A DNA stretch of 32,000 bases from positions 750,001 to 782,000 of the forward strand of contig NZ_CP010341.1 in assembly GCF_000940845.1 (NCBI RefSeq), read 5' to 3'. Positions 1 to 10,335 of this stretch are shown one piece after another (position 1 is the stretch's first letter; every line of letters starts with the position of its first letter). The notes under the pieces were generated by a model. That model did no database searches. It was not told where the DNA came from and saw only the letters and a program-made list of their open reading frames with translations. The translations under genes were made by a program, and so were the position numbers. This DNA comes from Propionibacterium freudenreichii subsp. freudenreichii (GTDB taxonomy: Bacteria > Actinomycetota > Actinomycetes > Propionibacteriales > Propionibacteriaceae).

Positions 1-2427
1 GCGCCGGGTAGCGGCGAAGGCTTCGCTCCCCACACCCCCCACGACGCCCACGACGACGCGGAGGCCCTGCTGCACGGCCTGAACCCGCCGCAGGAACAGG
101 CCGTGGTGCACGAGGGCTCACCGGTGCTGGTGGTGGCCGGTGCGGGCTCGGGTAAGACCAGGGTGCTGACACGTCGGATCGCCTGGTTGATCGCCCAGCG
201 TGGCGTGCATCCCGGCTCGATCCTGGCCATCACCTTCACCAACAAGGCAGCCGCCGAGATGCGCTCGCGGGTGGCCGAGCTGGTGGGTCCGCGCACCCGC
301 ACGATGTGGGTGAGCACCTTCCACTCCGCGTGCGTGCGCATCCTGCGCACTGAGCTTGCCGAGGCCCCCGAGCTCGGGTTGCGGCGCAACTTCTCCATCT
401 ACGACGACACCGACACCAAGCGGCTCATGACCCTGGTGTTGCGCGACCAGAACCTCGACACGAAGAAGTTCCCGCCACGCACCGTGATGGGCTGGATCAG
501 CAATGCCAAGAATGAGCTGCTGGGCCCCGGCGCCGCCGCCGAGCAGGCCGACAACGGCAATGAGGAACTGTATGCGCAAGCCTACGAGGAATATCAGCGT
601 CGGCTCAGGGCCGCCAATGCGATGGACTTCGATGACCTCATCATGATCACCGTGCAACTGCTGCACGACCACCCCGATATCCGCGAGAAATACCGTCGTC
701 GCTTTCGTCAGGTGCTGGTCGACGAGTACCAGGACACCAACCATGCGCAGTACCTGCTGATCCGCGAGCTCTGCGCGCCCAACGAGGACCAGATCGACGC
801 CCCCCGCGTGGATCCGCCCGAGCTGCTGGTGGTCGGTGACTCCGACCAGTCCATCTATGCCTTCCGGGGCGCCGATGTGCGCAACATCCTGGACTTCGAG
901 CAGGACTTCCCGGGGGCCCGCACGATCCTGCTGGAGCAGAACTACCGCTCCACCCAGACCATCCTGTCGGCGGCCAATGCGGTGATCCAGCACAACTCCG
1001 GGCGTCCGGTGAAGAAGCTGTGGAGCGACGCCGGTGATGGCGACAAGATCATCGGTTGGGTTGCCGACACCGAGCATGACGAGGCCCGCTGGGTGGCCGA
1101 GAAGATCGACGAGCTGCACGACCACCAGCAGGCCGCCTATTCCGACGCCGCGGTGTTCTACCGCACCAATGCCCAGTCGCGCGCCTTCGAGGAGGTGTTC
1201 ATCCGGCTGGGCCTTCCCTATCGGGTGGTGGGCGGCGTGCGCTTCTATGAGCGACGCGAGGTGCGCGATGCGCTGGCCTACCTGCGGGCCATCGCGAATC
1301 CGGCCGACGATGTCTCGATCCGTCGGATCATCAACGTGCCCAAGCGCGCCATCGGTGCCCGGGCCGAGACCGCGCTGGAGATGTTCGCCGTGAGCCAGTC
1401 GATCCCGTTCAGCCAGGCCGTGGACCGTGCCGCCGAGGTGCCCGGACTCGCCACCCGTTCGCGCCATCAGGTGGAGTCCTTCGCCTCGATGATGGCCGGT
1501 TTCCGCGGACTCGTGGCGGCAGGGTCATCGGCCGACGAGGTCGTGGCCGCGGTGCTGAAGGACTCGGGCCTGCTCGACGAGCTGAAGGACTCCAAGGACC
1601 CCCAGGACGAGACCCGTGTGGAGAACCTCGTGGAGCTGGTGGCCGTGGCCCAGGAATTCGTCGCCCAGGCCCACACCCTCGACCTGTCGGCTGGGCTGCG
1701 GCCCGATGCGCCCGGCGATCAGGATGCCCCCGAACTGGCCGACGAACTGGTGGCCGGCATGCCCGAGGCCGATGACTCCCTGGGTGCCTTCCTCGAACGG
1801 ATCGCCCTGGTGGCCGATTCCGACCAGATCCCCGATTCCGATCCGGACTCCGCCGGGGTGGTGACCCTCATGACGCTGCACACCGCCAAGGGCCTGGAAT
1901 TCGACAATGTCTTCCTCACCGGCATGGAGGACGGCATCTTCCCGCACATGCGGGCCCTGGCCGACCCCGCCGAGCTGTCCGAGGAGCGGCGGTTGGCCTA
2001 TGTGGGCATCACCCGCGCGCGCCGACGCCTGTTCATGAGCCGTGCGGCCGTGCGCACCGTATGGGGCCAGCCCCAGTACAACCCGCCCAGTCGCTTCCTG
2101 GAGGAGATCCCCGCCGAACTGATCGATTGGCAGCGCACCGGCGCTGACCTGACCAGTTGGGGTTCATCGGCCTCGGCGCGTACCGCGTCGGCCCGCCGGC
2201 AGACGAGCACGGGCGGCCCGGTGTTCGGGTCGGGGCATGGCGACCTACCACGTACCAAGACCGTCGCCTCCCTGGAGCCGGGCGATCGGGTGCTGCACTC
2301 GAGCTTCGGCATGGGCACCGTGGTGGCGGCGGCCGGTTCGGGGAACAACGCCACCGCCGACGTCGACTTCGGCTCGGCGGGCGTGAAGCGGCTGGCACTG
2401 CGCTTCGCTCCGCTGGAGAAGCTCTAG
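1..2427 (+). CDS. pcrA: ATP-dependent DNA helicase PcrA/UvrD (SF1); 5' end lies outside the window
   Basis: Frame 1 is open from nt 1, and LLHGLNPPQEQAV precedes the listed Met at 103. Motifs present: Walker A AGAGSGKT, DEYQDTN, QNYRST, TLHTAKGLEF, VGITRAR. A C-terminal Tudor-like tail is typical of PcrA/UvrD. Confidence 0.93.
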   Translation, partial: APGSGEGFAPHTPHDAHDDAEALLHGLNPPQEQAVVHEGSPVLVVAGAGSGKTRVLTRRIAWLIAQRGVHPGSILAITFTNKAAAEMRSRVAELVGPRTRTMWVSTFHSACVRILRTELAEAPELGLRRNFSIYDDTDTKRLMTLVLRDQNLDTKKFPPRTVMGWISNAKNELLGPGAAAEQADNGNEELYAQAYEEYQRRLRAANAMDFDDLIMITVQLLHDHPDIREKYRRRFRQVLVDEYQDTNHAQYLLIRELCAPNEDQIDAPRVDPPELLVVGDSDQSIYAFRGADVRNILDFEQDFPGARTILLEQNYRSTQTILSAANAVIQHNSGRPVKKLWSDAGDGDKIIGWVADTEHDEARWVAEKIDELHDHQQAAYSDAAVFYRTNAQSRAFEEVFIRLGLPYRVVGGVRFYERREVRDALAYLRAIANPADDVSIRRIINVPKRAIGARAETALEMFAVSQSIPFSQAVDRAAEVPGLATRSRHQVESFASMMAGFRGLVAAGSSADEVVAAVLKDSGLLDELKDSKDPQDETRVENLVELVAVAQEFVAQAHTLDLSAGLRPDAPGDQDAPELADELVAGMPEADDSLGAFLERIALVADSDQIPDSDPDSAGVVTLMTLHTAKGLEFDNVFLTGMEDGIFPHMRALADPAELSEERRLAYVGITRARRRLFMSRAAVRTVWGQPQYNPPSRFLEEIPAELIDWQRTGADLTSWGSSASARTASARRQTSTGGPVFGSGHGDLPRTKTVASLEPGDRVLHSSFGMGTVVAAAGSGNNATADVDFGSAGVKRLALRFAPLEKL

Positions 2428-2505
2428 CGCCCGGCACCCGGCACGTCACCCCTCGGCACGGCACCGCGGGGGAGGGGCGCCCCTTTCGATAGTGTTCCAG
2501 CGGTA

Positions 2506-3999
2506 GTGGCGGAGGTGACGATGGCAAGGCGCAGGAGAACTCGCACGGCAGTGCTCGAGACGCACGCCGAGGAGTCCGAAACCAGCGTGCGCGATCGGGC
2601 GCGAACCCTGCCATGGCGTGCCACCACGGCCCTGTCGGCAGTCGGCACCGCACTGGCGAGCTGGATCATCGTGACCGCGTTCTGCTCGCTCGGCTGGCTG
2701 TCGCAGAGCCAGTCCAGCTATGCGCAGGTGCTCGAATTCGGCACCCATGCCTGGCTGCTCGGCCACGGCGTCCCGATGACCATCGAGGGCGTCCGGGTGT
2801 CAGTGATCCCGCTGGGCTTCGCCCTGCTGGTGATGCTGGTGACCACCAGTTTCGTCATGACCATCGCCCGTCACCTGGCCACGCGTGCCTTCGGCGGACG
2901 TGCCCGCACCGAACGTCAGGACGCCGAGGCCCGCGGCCTCGCCCTGCGCATGACCGTGTGGTTCACCGTCCCCTATATGGCGATCCTGGCCGTTGCGGCC
3001 AGTGCCACGGGGGAATCCGCCCAGATCGGACGCGCGCTGATCGGTGGATTGGTGATCTGCGGGCCCATCACGCTGATCACCACCGGACGCGCGCTGGGTT
3101 GGAGTGTCATCACCTTCAACCAGGGGGGTTGGATCCGCGGTGTGATCGCCGGCGTCTGGTCTGCGGTGGCGGCCCTGATCGGGGTGGCCGCCCTGGTGCT
3201 GCTCATCGCACTGATTGCCCGGCACGGCCAGGTGGGCGCCCTGCACAATGCGCTCAACCCGGGCGGGCTCGGGGGAGCCGTCCTCGCGATCGGGCAAGCC
3301 GCCTGGGTGCCCAATGCCGTGCTGTGGACCGCAGCCTGGCTGCTGGGAGCCGGATTCACCGTCGGCGACGACACCCTGCTCACCCCCCTGGTGTCCCGGT
3401 TGGGTCCCACCCCCGATTTTCCGATCCTCGGTGCCCTGCCCAGCGGCGCCGCCCCCTCGTCGGCAGGCCTTGCGTGGCTGCTCGTCGGCGTGCTTGCCGG
3501 CGCGCTGGGTGCCTTCGTCGCCGTGCGCGCACGACACAACAACGCCACCCAGGCGCTGCCCCCACGCAGGATGAGCACCGAGGCCGCCGCGCTGTGCGGG
3601 GTGTGCATCGGCGTGTTGTCGGGCCTGCTCGCCTGCGTGCTCATCGCGTTCAGCGATGGATCACTGGGCGTTGAGCGCCTGCGCCGGGTCGGGCCGATGA
3701 TGGCCCGCGTCGTGGTGCTCGCCCCCACCCTGATGGGGGCCGGCGGCCTGTTGGCCGGTTACGGCGCCATGCATGTGTTCAAGCTCATCGCACGTCGCGG
3801 CGCTGCCGCACCGAGCCCTGCTCCCCAACCGGCAGGCACCCGCGCGAAGCGTCCGTCGCTGCGTGCCCTGCTGCGTCGTCGCGGGGAGGCGACGGTGCCC
3901 ACGGCGTCCCGGCCCGACGACAACGACACCACCGACGCGGCACCGACCACCGATTCCGGCAGCGGGGCAGCGGACCCGGTGCACGGCGACGAAGGGTAG
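2506..3999 (+). CDS. Polytopic integral membrane protein, PerM-like (DUF6350-type)
   Basis: 497-aa ORF with many hydrophobic helices and a Pro/Ala/Asp-rich tail. It sits directly upstream of purN-purH, as perM (Rv0955) does in mycobacteria. The start is GTG 2506 or ATG 2521 (GGAGG at 2512-2516). Confidence 0.7.
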   Translation: MAEVTMARRRRTRTAVLETHAEESETSVRDRARTLPWRATTALSAVGTALASWIIVTAFCSLGWLSQSQSSYAQVLEFGTHAWLLGHGVPMTIEGVRVSVIPLGFALLVMLVTTSFVMTIARHLATRAFGGRARTERQDAEARGLALRMTVWFTVPYMAILAVAASATGESAQIGRALIGGLVICGPITLITTGRALGWSVITFNQGGWIRGVIAGVWSAVAALIGVAALVLLIALIARHGQVGALHNALNPGGLGGAVLAIGQAAWVPNAVLWTAAWLLGAGFTVGDDTLLTPLVSRLGPTPDFPILGALPSGAAPSSAGLAWLLVGVLAGALGAFVAVRARHNNATQALPPRRMSTEAAALCGVCIGVLSGLLACVLIAFSDGSLGVERLRRVGPMMARVVVLAPTLMGAGGLLAGYGAMHVFKLIARRGAAAPSPAPQPAGTRAKRPSLRALLRRRGEATVPTASRPDDNDTTDAAPTTDSGSGAADPVHGDEG

Positions 4000-4009
4000 G
4001 CTTCCGGGC

Positions 4010-4621
4010 GTGGCTTATCGAGTCGTCGTCCTCGTCTCCGGGTCGGGCACACTGCTTCAGGCATTGCTCGACGCACAGGCCGCAGGCGCACTCGATGCGC
4101 GCATTGTCGCCGTGGGCTCTGATCAACCCGGTTGCCGGGCCCTGGCACGGGCGCAGGACGCCGGGGTCGACACCTTCGTCGTGCCGATGACCACGCTGCT
4201 GCCCCGCGGGAGCGCCGCCCGGCAGGCGTGGGACGAGGAGTTCGCCCGCGCCGTCGACGCCTGTTCACCGGACCTCATCGTGCTCGCGGGCTTCATGAAG
4301 CTGCTCGGCGAGCCCTTCATGCGTCGCTTTGCCGGGCGCGTGATCAATACGCACCCCGCGATGCTGCCGGCCTTCCCCGGTGCCCACGCGGTGCGCGATG
4401 CCCTGACCGCCGGGGCCACCACCACCGGATCGTCCATCTTCTGGGTGGACGACGGCGTCGACACCGGCAGCCTCATCGTGCAGGAGCCCGTGCCCGTGCG
4501 CCCCGGTGACGATGAGGACACGCTGCACGAGCGCATCAAGGTGACCGAGCGGCGACTGCTGGTGGCCACCGTCAATGAGCTGGCCCGGCGCGCGCCTGCC
4601 GGCGACCCCACGAGTGTTTGA
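4010..4621 (+). CDS. purN: Phosphoribosylglycinamide formyltransferase
   Basis: The sequence VVVLVSGSGTLLQALL ... INTHPAMLPAFPG ... TGSSIFWVDDGVDTGSLI is typical PurN. An in-frame GTG at 4010 gives a normal length of about 203 aa. The listed ORF from 3773 is an upstream extension overlapping the previous gene. Confidence 0.9.
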   Translation: MAYRVVVLVSGSGTLLQALLDAQAAGALDARIVAVGSDQPGCRALARAQDAGVDTFVVPMTTLLPRGSAARQAWDEEFARAVDACSPDLIVLAGFMKLLGEPFMRRFAGRVINTHPAMLPAFPGAHAVRDALTAGATTTGSSIFWVDDGVDTGSLIVQEPVPVRPGDDEDTLHERIKVTERRLLVATVNELARRAPAGDPTSV

Positions 4622-4705
4622 TCCCGCAAGTGTTTGACCCAACAGTTGTTTGACCCAACAGTGTTTGACCGAGCAGTGCTTGACACAGCAGCGCCTGACC
4701 GCACG
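4613..4705. repeat. Degenerate tandem array, 6 units of 16/16/16/15/15/15 bp (consensus about GTGTTTGACCCAACA)
   Basis: Units read directly: agtgtttgatcccgca / agtgtttgacccaaca / gttgtttgacccaaca / gtgtttgaccgagca / gtgcttgacacagca / gcgcctgaccgcacg. Unit 1 contains the purN stop codon (4619-4621). Confidence 0.9.
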
Positions 4706-4742
4706 AGCGTTGCAGCCAACGAATCACAAGGAGAGGCATCAC

Positions 4743-6296
4743 ATGACTGATCCCACCCGGGCCCCGATCCGCCGCGCACTGGTGAGCGTCTATGACAAGA
4801 CCGGGCTCGAGGAGCTCGGCCGTGCCCTGGCCGCCGCCGGCGTCGAGATCGTCTCCACCGGCTCGACGGCCCGCAAGCTGTCGGAGGCCGGTGTGGAGGT
4901 GGTGCCGGTGGAGCAGGTCACCGGCTTCCCCGAGACCCTGGACGGACGCGTCAAGACGCTGCATCCCGCCGTCCACGCCGGGATCCTCGCCGATCGTCGC
5001 CTTGAGTCCCACCGCCGCCAGCTCGATGAGCTGGGCATCAAGCCCTTCGACCTGGTGGTGAGCAACCTCTACCCGTTCAGCCAGACCGTGGCCTCGGGCG
5101 CCGACTTCGATGAATGCGTCGAGCAGATCGACATCGGCGGACCCTCGATGGTGCGCGCCGCCGCCAAGAACCATCCGTCGGTGGCCATCATCACCAGCCC
5201 CGACCAGTACTCCCAGCTGACCGACGCCCTGGCGCAGGGCGGCTTCACCCTGGCCGCGCGCCGCGCGCTCGCCGCGAAGGCCTTCGCGCACACCGCCGCC
5301 TATGACGCCTCGGTGGCGAGCTGGTTCGCCGAACAGACCACCGACGAGGGCCTGCCCGGCTTCATCGGCCAGGCAGCCACCAAGCTGCACGACCTGCGCT
5401 ACGGCGAGAACTCGCACCAGCGCGCCGCCGTCTACGCCGCCGAGGGTGCTGCCCCCGGCCTGGTGGGCGCCGAGCAACTGGGTGGCAAGGAGATGAGCTA
5501 CAACAACTACACCGACGCCGATGCGGCCCGCCGCGCGGCCTACGACTTCTCGGGTCCGGCCGTGGCGATCATCAAGCATGCCAACCCCTGTGGCATCGCC
5601 GTGGGCTCCGACATCGCCGATGCCCATGCCAAGGCCCATGCCTGCGATCCCGTGTCGGCCTACGGCGGCGTGATCGCGGCCAACCAGATCGTCACGCTGG
5701 CCATGGCGCAGCAGGTGAAGCCCATCTTCACCGAGGTGATCGTGGCCCCCGACTTCGAGCCCGCCGCGCTGGAGCTGCTGCAGACCAAGAAGAACCTGCG
5801 CATCCTGAAGGCCGAGGACTTCCACTTCGACAAGTTCTTGTGGCGTGAGATCTCCGGGGGCCTGTTGGCCTCCGACCCGGATCGCCTCGACGCCCCCGGC
5901 GACCAGACCTCGGGCTGGAAGCTCGTTGCCGGCCCGGCCGCCGATGCCGTGATGCTGTCCGACCTGCTGTTCGCCTGGAAGGCCTGCCGCTCGGTCAAGT
6001 CGAATGCGATCCTGCTGGCCCACGACGGCGCCTCGGTGGGCGTCGGCATGGGACAGGTCAACCGGGTGGACTCGTGCCGCCTTGCGGTGAGCCGCGCGGG
6101 TGATCGGGCGAAGGGTTCTGTGGCCGCTTCGGACGCCTTCTTCCCCTTCTCCGATGGACCCCAGATCCTGCTCGATGCCGGGGTGAGCGCTATCGTGCAG
6201 CCCGGCGGGTCGATTCGCGACGAGGAGACCATCGAGGCGGCGTCGAAGGCCGGCGTCACGATGTACTTCACCGGGAATCGCCATTTCTTCCACTGA
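4743..6296 (+). CDS. purH: Bifunctional AICAR transformylase / IMP cyclohydrolase
   Basis: [11 protein letters not shown] ... KTLHP ... [15 protein letters not shown] ... KHANPCG ... QPGGSIRD ... [11 protein letters not shown] is a full-length PurH signature. ATG 4743 is preceded by the RBS AAGGAGAGG. The listed start at 4650 is translation of the tandem array. Confidence 0.95.
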   Translation: MTDPTRAPIRRALVSVYDKTGLEELGRALAAAGVEIVSTGSTARKLSEAGVEVVPVEQVTGFPETLDGRVKTLHPAVHAGILADRRLESHRRQLDELGIKPFDLVVSNLYPFSQTVASGADFDECVEQIDIGGPSMVRAAAKNHPSVAIITSPDQYSQLTDALAQGGFTLAARRALAAKAFAHTAAYDASVASWFAEQTTDEGLPGFIGQAATKLHDLRYGENSHQRAAVYAAEGAAPGLVGAEQLGGKEMSYNNYTDADAARRAAYDFSGPAVAIIKHANPCGIAVGSDIADAHAKAHACDPVSAYGGVIAANQIVTLAMAQQVKPIFTEVIVAPDFEPAALELLQTKKNLRILKAEDFHFDKFLWREISGGLLASDPDRLDAPGDQTSGWKLVAGPAADAVMLSDLLFAWKACRSVKSNAILLAHDGASVGVGMGQVNRVDSCRLAVSRAGDRAKGSVAASDAFFPFSDGPQILLDAGVSAIVQPGGSIRDEETIEAASKAGVTMYFTGNRHFFH

Positions 6297-6369
6297 ACCA
6301 GCCCACACTGGATCAGATTCCACAAGGACAGTTCCCATGAGCACACAGCCAACCGATCAAGGGGGATCC

Positions 6370-7230
6370 ATGACTGCGCAGAGACTGGACGGCAAGGCCG
6401 TCGCGGCCCAGATCAAGATCGAGCTGAAGCAACGCGTTGACGCCCTGCGTGAGCAGGGCGTCAACCCGGGGCTCGGCACGGTGCTGGTGGGGGACGACCC
6501 CGCCAGCCAGATCTATGTCAACGGCAAGCACCGCGACTGCGAGCAGGTGGGCATCGAGTCATATCGCGTCGACCTGCCGGCCGATGCGACGCCGGAGCAG
6601 GTGGAACGGTCGATCCGCGTGCTCAACGACTCCACGATGTGCACCGGATACATCGTGCAGCTTCCGTTGCCCCCGCAGATCGATCCCAACTGGGCCCTGG
6701 AGCTCATTGATCCCGACAAGGATGCCGACGGCCTCACCTCGGACAACCTCGGCAAGCTCGTGCTGGGCCGCTCCGGGGTGCTGCCGTGTACCCCGCGCGG
6801 CATCGTGGAGCTGTTGCGCCGCTATGAGATCCCCCTGGACGGCGCCAAGGTCTGCGTCGTGGGCCGCGGCACCACCGTGGGACGCCCGCTCGGCCTCCTG
6901 CTGACCCGTCGTGATGTGAACGCCACGGTCACCCTGTGCCATACGGGCACCAAGAACCTGGCCGAGGAGACGCGGCAGGCCGACATCGTGATCGGCGCGG
7001 CCGGGCATCCCGGGCTGGTGACCGCCTCGATGCTCAAGCCCGGCGCCGTGGTGGTTGACGTCGGCGTGCGCCGCATCGAGGGCAAGCCGGTGGGTGACTT
7101 CACCGCCGATGTGTGGGACGTCGCCAGCTATGTGACGCCCAATCCCGGTGGGGTCGGCCCGATGACGCGTGCCATGTTGCTGGTCAACGTGGTGGAGCGC
7201 GCCGAGCAGATCGCCGCCCAGGAGCAGTAG
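6370..7230 (+). CDS. folD: Bifunctional methylenetetrahydrofolate dehydrogenase / methenyl-THF cyclohydrolase
   Basis: [12 protein letters not shown] ... PASQIYV ... YIVQLPLP ... DADGL ... TPRGIVELL ... [12 protein letters not shown] ... [12 protein letters not shown] 6370 follows GGGGGA. Confidence 0.93.
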   Translation: MTAQRLDGKAVAAQIKIELKQRVDALREQGVNPGLGTVLVGDDPASQIYVNGKHRDCEQVGIESYRVDLPADATPEQVERSIRVLNDSTMCTGYIVQLPLPPQIDPNWALELIDPDKDADGLTSDNLGKLVLGRSGVLPCTPRGIVELLRRYEIPLDGAKVCVVGRGTTVGRPLGLLLTRRDVNATVTLCHTGTKNLAEETRQADIVIGAAGHPGLVTASMLKPGAVVVDVGVRRIEGKPVGDFTADVWDVASYVTPNPGGVGPMTRAMLLVNVVERAEQIAAQEQ

Positions 7231-7235
7231 TCCCG

Positions 7236-7559
7236 ATGACCCCCGCCCCGCCGAGCAGCACGAAGCGGCCGGTTGCCGCGCCGCTGAAGCTCGATCGCCT
7301 GCGTGCCCAGTGGCCGTTGCTGCTGTGCCTGGCGTTCTTCGTGGCCGGAATGGCCGTCACGGCCGCCGCCCATTGGCGTCGTGGTGCCGTGCTGATGGGT
7401 GCCGGGCTGGGGCTTGCCGGAGTGCTGCGGCTCTTCCTGCCGCCGCGGCTCGCCGGGCTGCTGGTGGTGCGTCGGCGCTGGTTCGACGTACTCGTCGGCA
7501 TCGTGGGGGGCACCACCATGTGCGTCCTGGCCATCCTCGTGCCGCCCCTCGAACGCTGA
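7236..7559 (+). CDS. Small membrane protein (DUF3017-like)
   Basis: About 107 aa from ATG 7236, with 3-4 hydrophobic segments. It lies immediately downstream of folD, as the DUF3017 gene does next to folD in other actinobacteria. The listed start at 7113 overlaps the folD 3' end. Confidence 0.65.
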   Translation: MTPAPPSSTKRPVAAPLKLDRLRAQWPLLLCLAFFVAGMAVTAAAHWRRGAVLMGAGLGLAGVLRLFLPPRLAGLLVVRRRWFDVLVGIVGGTTMCVLAILVPPLER

Positions 7560-7653
7560 GCGGGCCGGGCCCGCGTCAGGCGGATTCCCACTGTCCATGG
7601 GGCACACACGTGCCCGGGGCAGCTGGTGTCCCCGGCGGCATGGCGGCCGATCA

Positions 7654-7697
7654 ACGATGAATGGCGGGCCACCCGAGGGTGACCCGCCATTCATCGT
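7654..7697. terminator. Long perfect hairpin between convergent genes (likely bidirectional, factor-independent, no U-tract)
   Basis: A 15-bp perfect stem pairs ACGATGAATGGCGGG (7654-7668) with CCCGCCATTCATCGT (7683-7697). An inner CACCC/GGGTG extension is also present. It lies between the DUF3017 stop (7559) and the mdh stop (7741). Confidence 0.6.
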
Positions 7698-7740
7698 GTC
7701 AGCCACGCGGCCGCGCCGCGCGCCAACTATCTGATCAGAA

Positions 7741-8727
<987 letters not shown>

Positions 8728-8904
8728 GTGATTCTCCTCATCGATGAGAGTTTGAGGCGAGCCTATCGCTTGCCTGCGGGCAATGCCCGGATGGGTGGCG
8801 GGCCCCGCCGGACCACGAATTTGACCATTCAACGACAACAGGTGTGCAGGGCGGAATCATCGGTTAGGTTGTGCCCAGACGCATCAGATGAGAAAGGTGG
8901 CCCC

Positions 8905-10122
8905 ATGGCCAAAATCAAGGTGGAAGGCACTGTCGTCGAGCTCGATGGCGACGAGATGACACGCATCATCTGGAAGCTCATCAAGGACGAGCTGATCCTC
9001 CCTTACCTGGACATCAACCTCGACTACTACGACCTTGGTATCGAGCATCGCGACGCCACCGACGACCAGGTGACGGTGGACGCCGCGAATGCCATCAAGA
9101 AGCACGGTGTGGGCGTGAAATGCGCCACCATCACGCCCGATGAAGCGCGTGTGAAGGAATTCGGCCTCAAGAAGATGTGGCGCTCGCCCAATGGCACCAT
9201 CCGCAACATCCTCGGCGGCGTCATCTTCCGCGAGCCCATCGTGATCTCCAACATCCCCCGACTGGTGCCCGGCTGGAAGAAGCCCATCGTCATCGGGCGC
9301 CACGCCTTCGGCGACCAGTACCGCGCCACCGACGTGAAGCTGCCCGGTGCGGGCACCGTCACGCTCACCTACACCCCCGACGACGGCTCCGAGCCCATGG
9401 AGATGGAGGTCGTGAAGATGCCCGAGGCCGGCGGTGTGGCCATGGGCATGTACAACTTCAACAAGTCGATCGAGGATTTCGCCCGCGCGAGCTTCAACTA
9501 CGGGCTCAATCGGCACTACCCGGTCTACCTGTCGACGAAGAACACGATCCTCAAGGCCTACGACGGCCAGTTCAAGGACATCTTCGCGCGCATCTTCGAG
9601 GACGAGTACAAGGAGCGCTTCGACGCTGCCGGACTCACCTACGAGCACCGCCTGATCGACGACATGGTCGCCTCGGCCCTCAAGTGGGAGGGCGGCTATG
9701 TGTGGGCCTGCAAGAACTACGACGGCGACGTGCAGTCGGACATCGTGGCGCAGGGCTTCGGCTCGCTGGGCCTCATGACGTCGGTGCTGCTCAGCCCCGA
9801 CGGCAAGACCATGGAGGCCGAGGCGGCCCACGGCACCGTGACCCGCCACTACCGCAAGTACCAGGCCGGGGAGGAGACCAGCACGAACCCGATCGCGTCG
9901 GTGTTCGCCTGGACCGGTGGCCTGCGCCATCGTGGCGAGCTTGATGGGACCCCCGGGTTGGTCGCCTTCGCCGACACCCTGGAGAACGTCTGCGTGAAGA
10001 CGGTCGAGAGCGGCCGGATGACCAAGGACCTCGCCTCGTTGGTCGGGGGCGATCAGGGCTATCTCAACACCGAGGACTTCATGAAGGCCCTGTCCGACGG
10101 CCTGGCCGAGGCGCTGCGCTGA
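8905..10122 (+). CDS. icd: NADP-dependent isocitrate dehydrogenase, type II (eukaryote-like homodimeric)
   Basis: [23 protein letters not shown] ... [11 protein letters not shown] ... SPNGTIRN ... GRHAFGDQY ... [12 protein letters not shown] 8905 is preceded by GAAAGGTGG. The first 310 codons of the listed 715-aa ORF are antisense to mdh. Confidence 0.95.
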   Translation: MAKIKVEGTVVELDGDEMTRIIWKLIKDELILPYLDINLDYYDLGIEHRDATDDQVTVDAANAIKKHGVGVKCATITPDEARVKEFGLKKMWRSPNGTIRNILGGVIFREPIVISNIPRLVPGWKKPIVIGRHAFGDQYRATDVKLPGAGTVTLTYTPDDGSEPMEMEVVKMPEAGGVAMGMYNFNKSIEDFARASFNYGLNRHYPVYLSTKNTILKAYDGQFKDIFARIFEDEYKERFDAAGLTYEHRLIDDMVASALKWEGGYVWACKNYDGDVQSDIVAQGFGSLGLMTSVLLSPDGKTMEAEAAHGTVTRHYRKYQAGEETSTNPIASVFAWTGGLRHRGELDGTPGLVAFADTLENVCVKTVESGRMTKDLASLVGGDQGYLNTEDFMKALSDGLAEALR

Positions 10123-10163
10123 GCCCTGCCTGCGCAGGCCAGTCGTCTGCTGTGTGAATCCAT

Positions 10164-10192
10164 CGCCCCGGGGGAGTTGTCCTGCCGGGGCG
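10164..10192 (+). terminator. Candidate icd terminator hairpin
   Basis: An 8-bp GC stem (CGCCCCGG / CCGGGGCG) with a 13-nt loop lies 42 nt after the icd stop. There is no U-tract. Confidence 0.35.
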
Positions 10193-10221
10193 GTGGTGTC
10201 CTCAGGGCCGGGCCGGCCCAT

Positions 10222-10335
10222 TACGGCAGGCCGGCGAGCCGGGCTCGCCCACTAAGGCAGGCCGGCGAGCCGGGCTCGTCCACTAAGGCAGGCCGGCAAG
10301 CCGGGCTCGTCCACTAAGGCAGGCCGGCAAGCCGG
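10222..10335. repeat. 31-bp tandem repeat, 3 full units plus a 21-bp partial unit that is the 3' end of azlD
   Basis: Plus-strand units at 10222-10252, 10253-10283, 10284-10314 and 10315-10335 (taaggcaggccggcRagccgggctcgYccac). Each unit carries the complement of a stop codon (CCTTAG three times, CCGTAA once) and a short GC inverted repeat. Confidence 0.9.

Noticed and set aside
118-1467. Long antisense or alternate-frame ORFs. Examples: 118-1467(-), 2613-3674(+), 4572-6344(-) at 590 aa, 8884-10221(-), 11799-13208(-), 13619-14959(-), 15409-16857(-), 17498-18688(+), 19179-20201(-) and 30424-31320(+).
   Set aside because: All lie opposite to, or out of frame with, genes that have clear family signatures. 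Their translations are Arg/Gly/His/Pro-rich low-complexity sequence, typical of GC-driven shadow ORFs, and none shows recognisable motifs.
4680-4685. A perfect -35 hexamer TTGACA (and TTGACC repeats) inside the purN-purH array as stacked promoters for purH.
   Set aside because: No acceptable -10 (TANNNT) lies 16-19 nt downstream of any of the TTGAC boxes. The TTGAC is more simply the copied GTTTGA(C) of the purN terminus.
4613-4705. Tandem arrays as CRISPR loci (also 10222-10335, 13090-13139, 14501-14560 and 20474-20566).
   Set aside because: The units abut directly with no unique spacers. They are only 15-31 bp and degenerate, and no cas genes are present.
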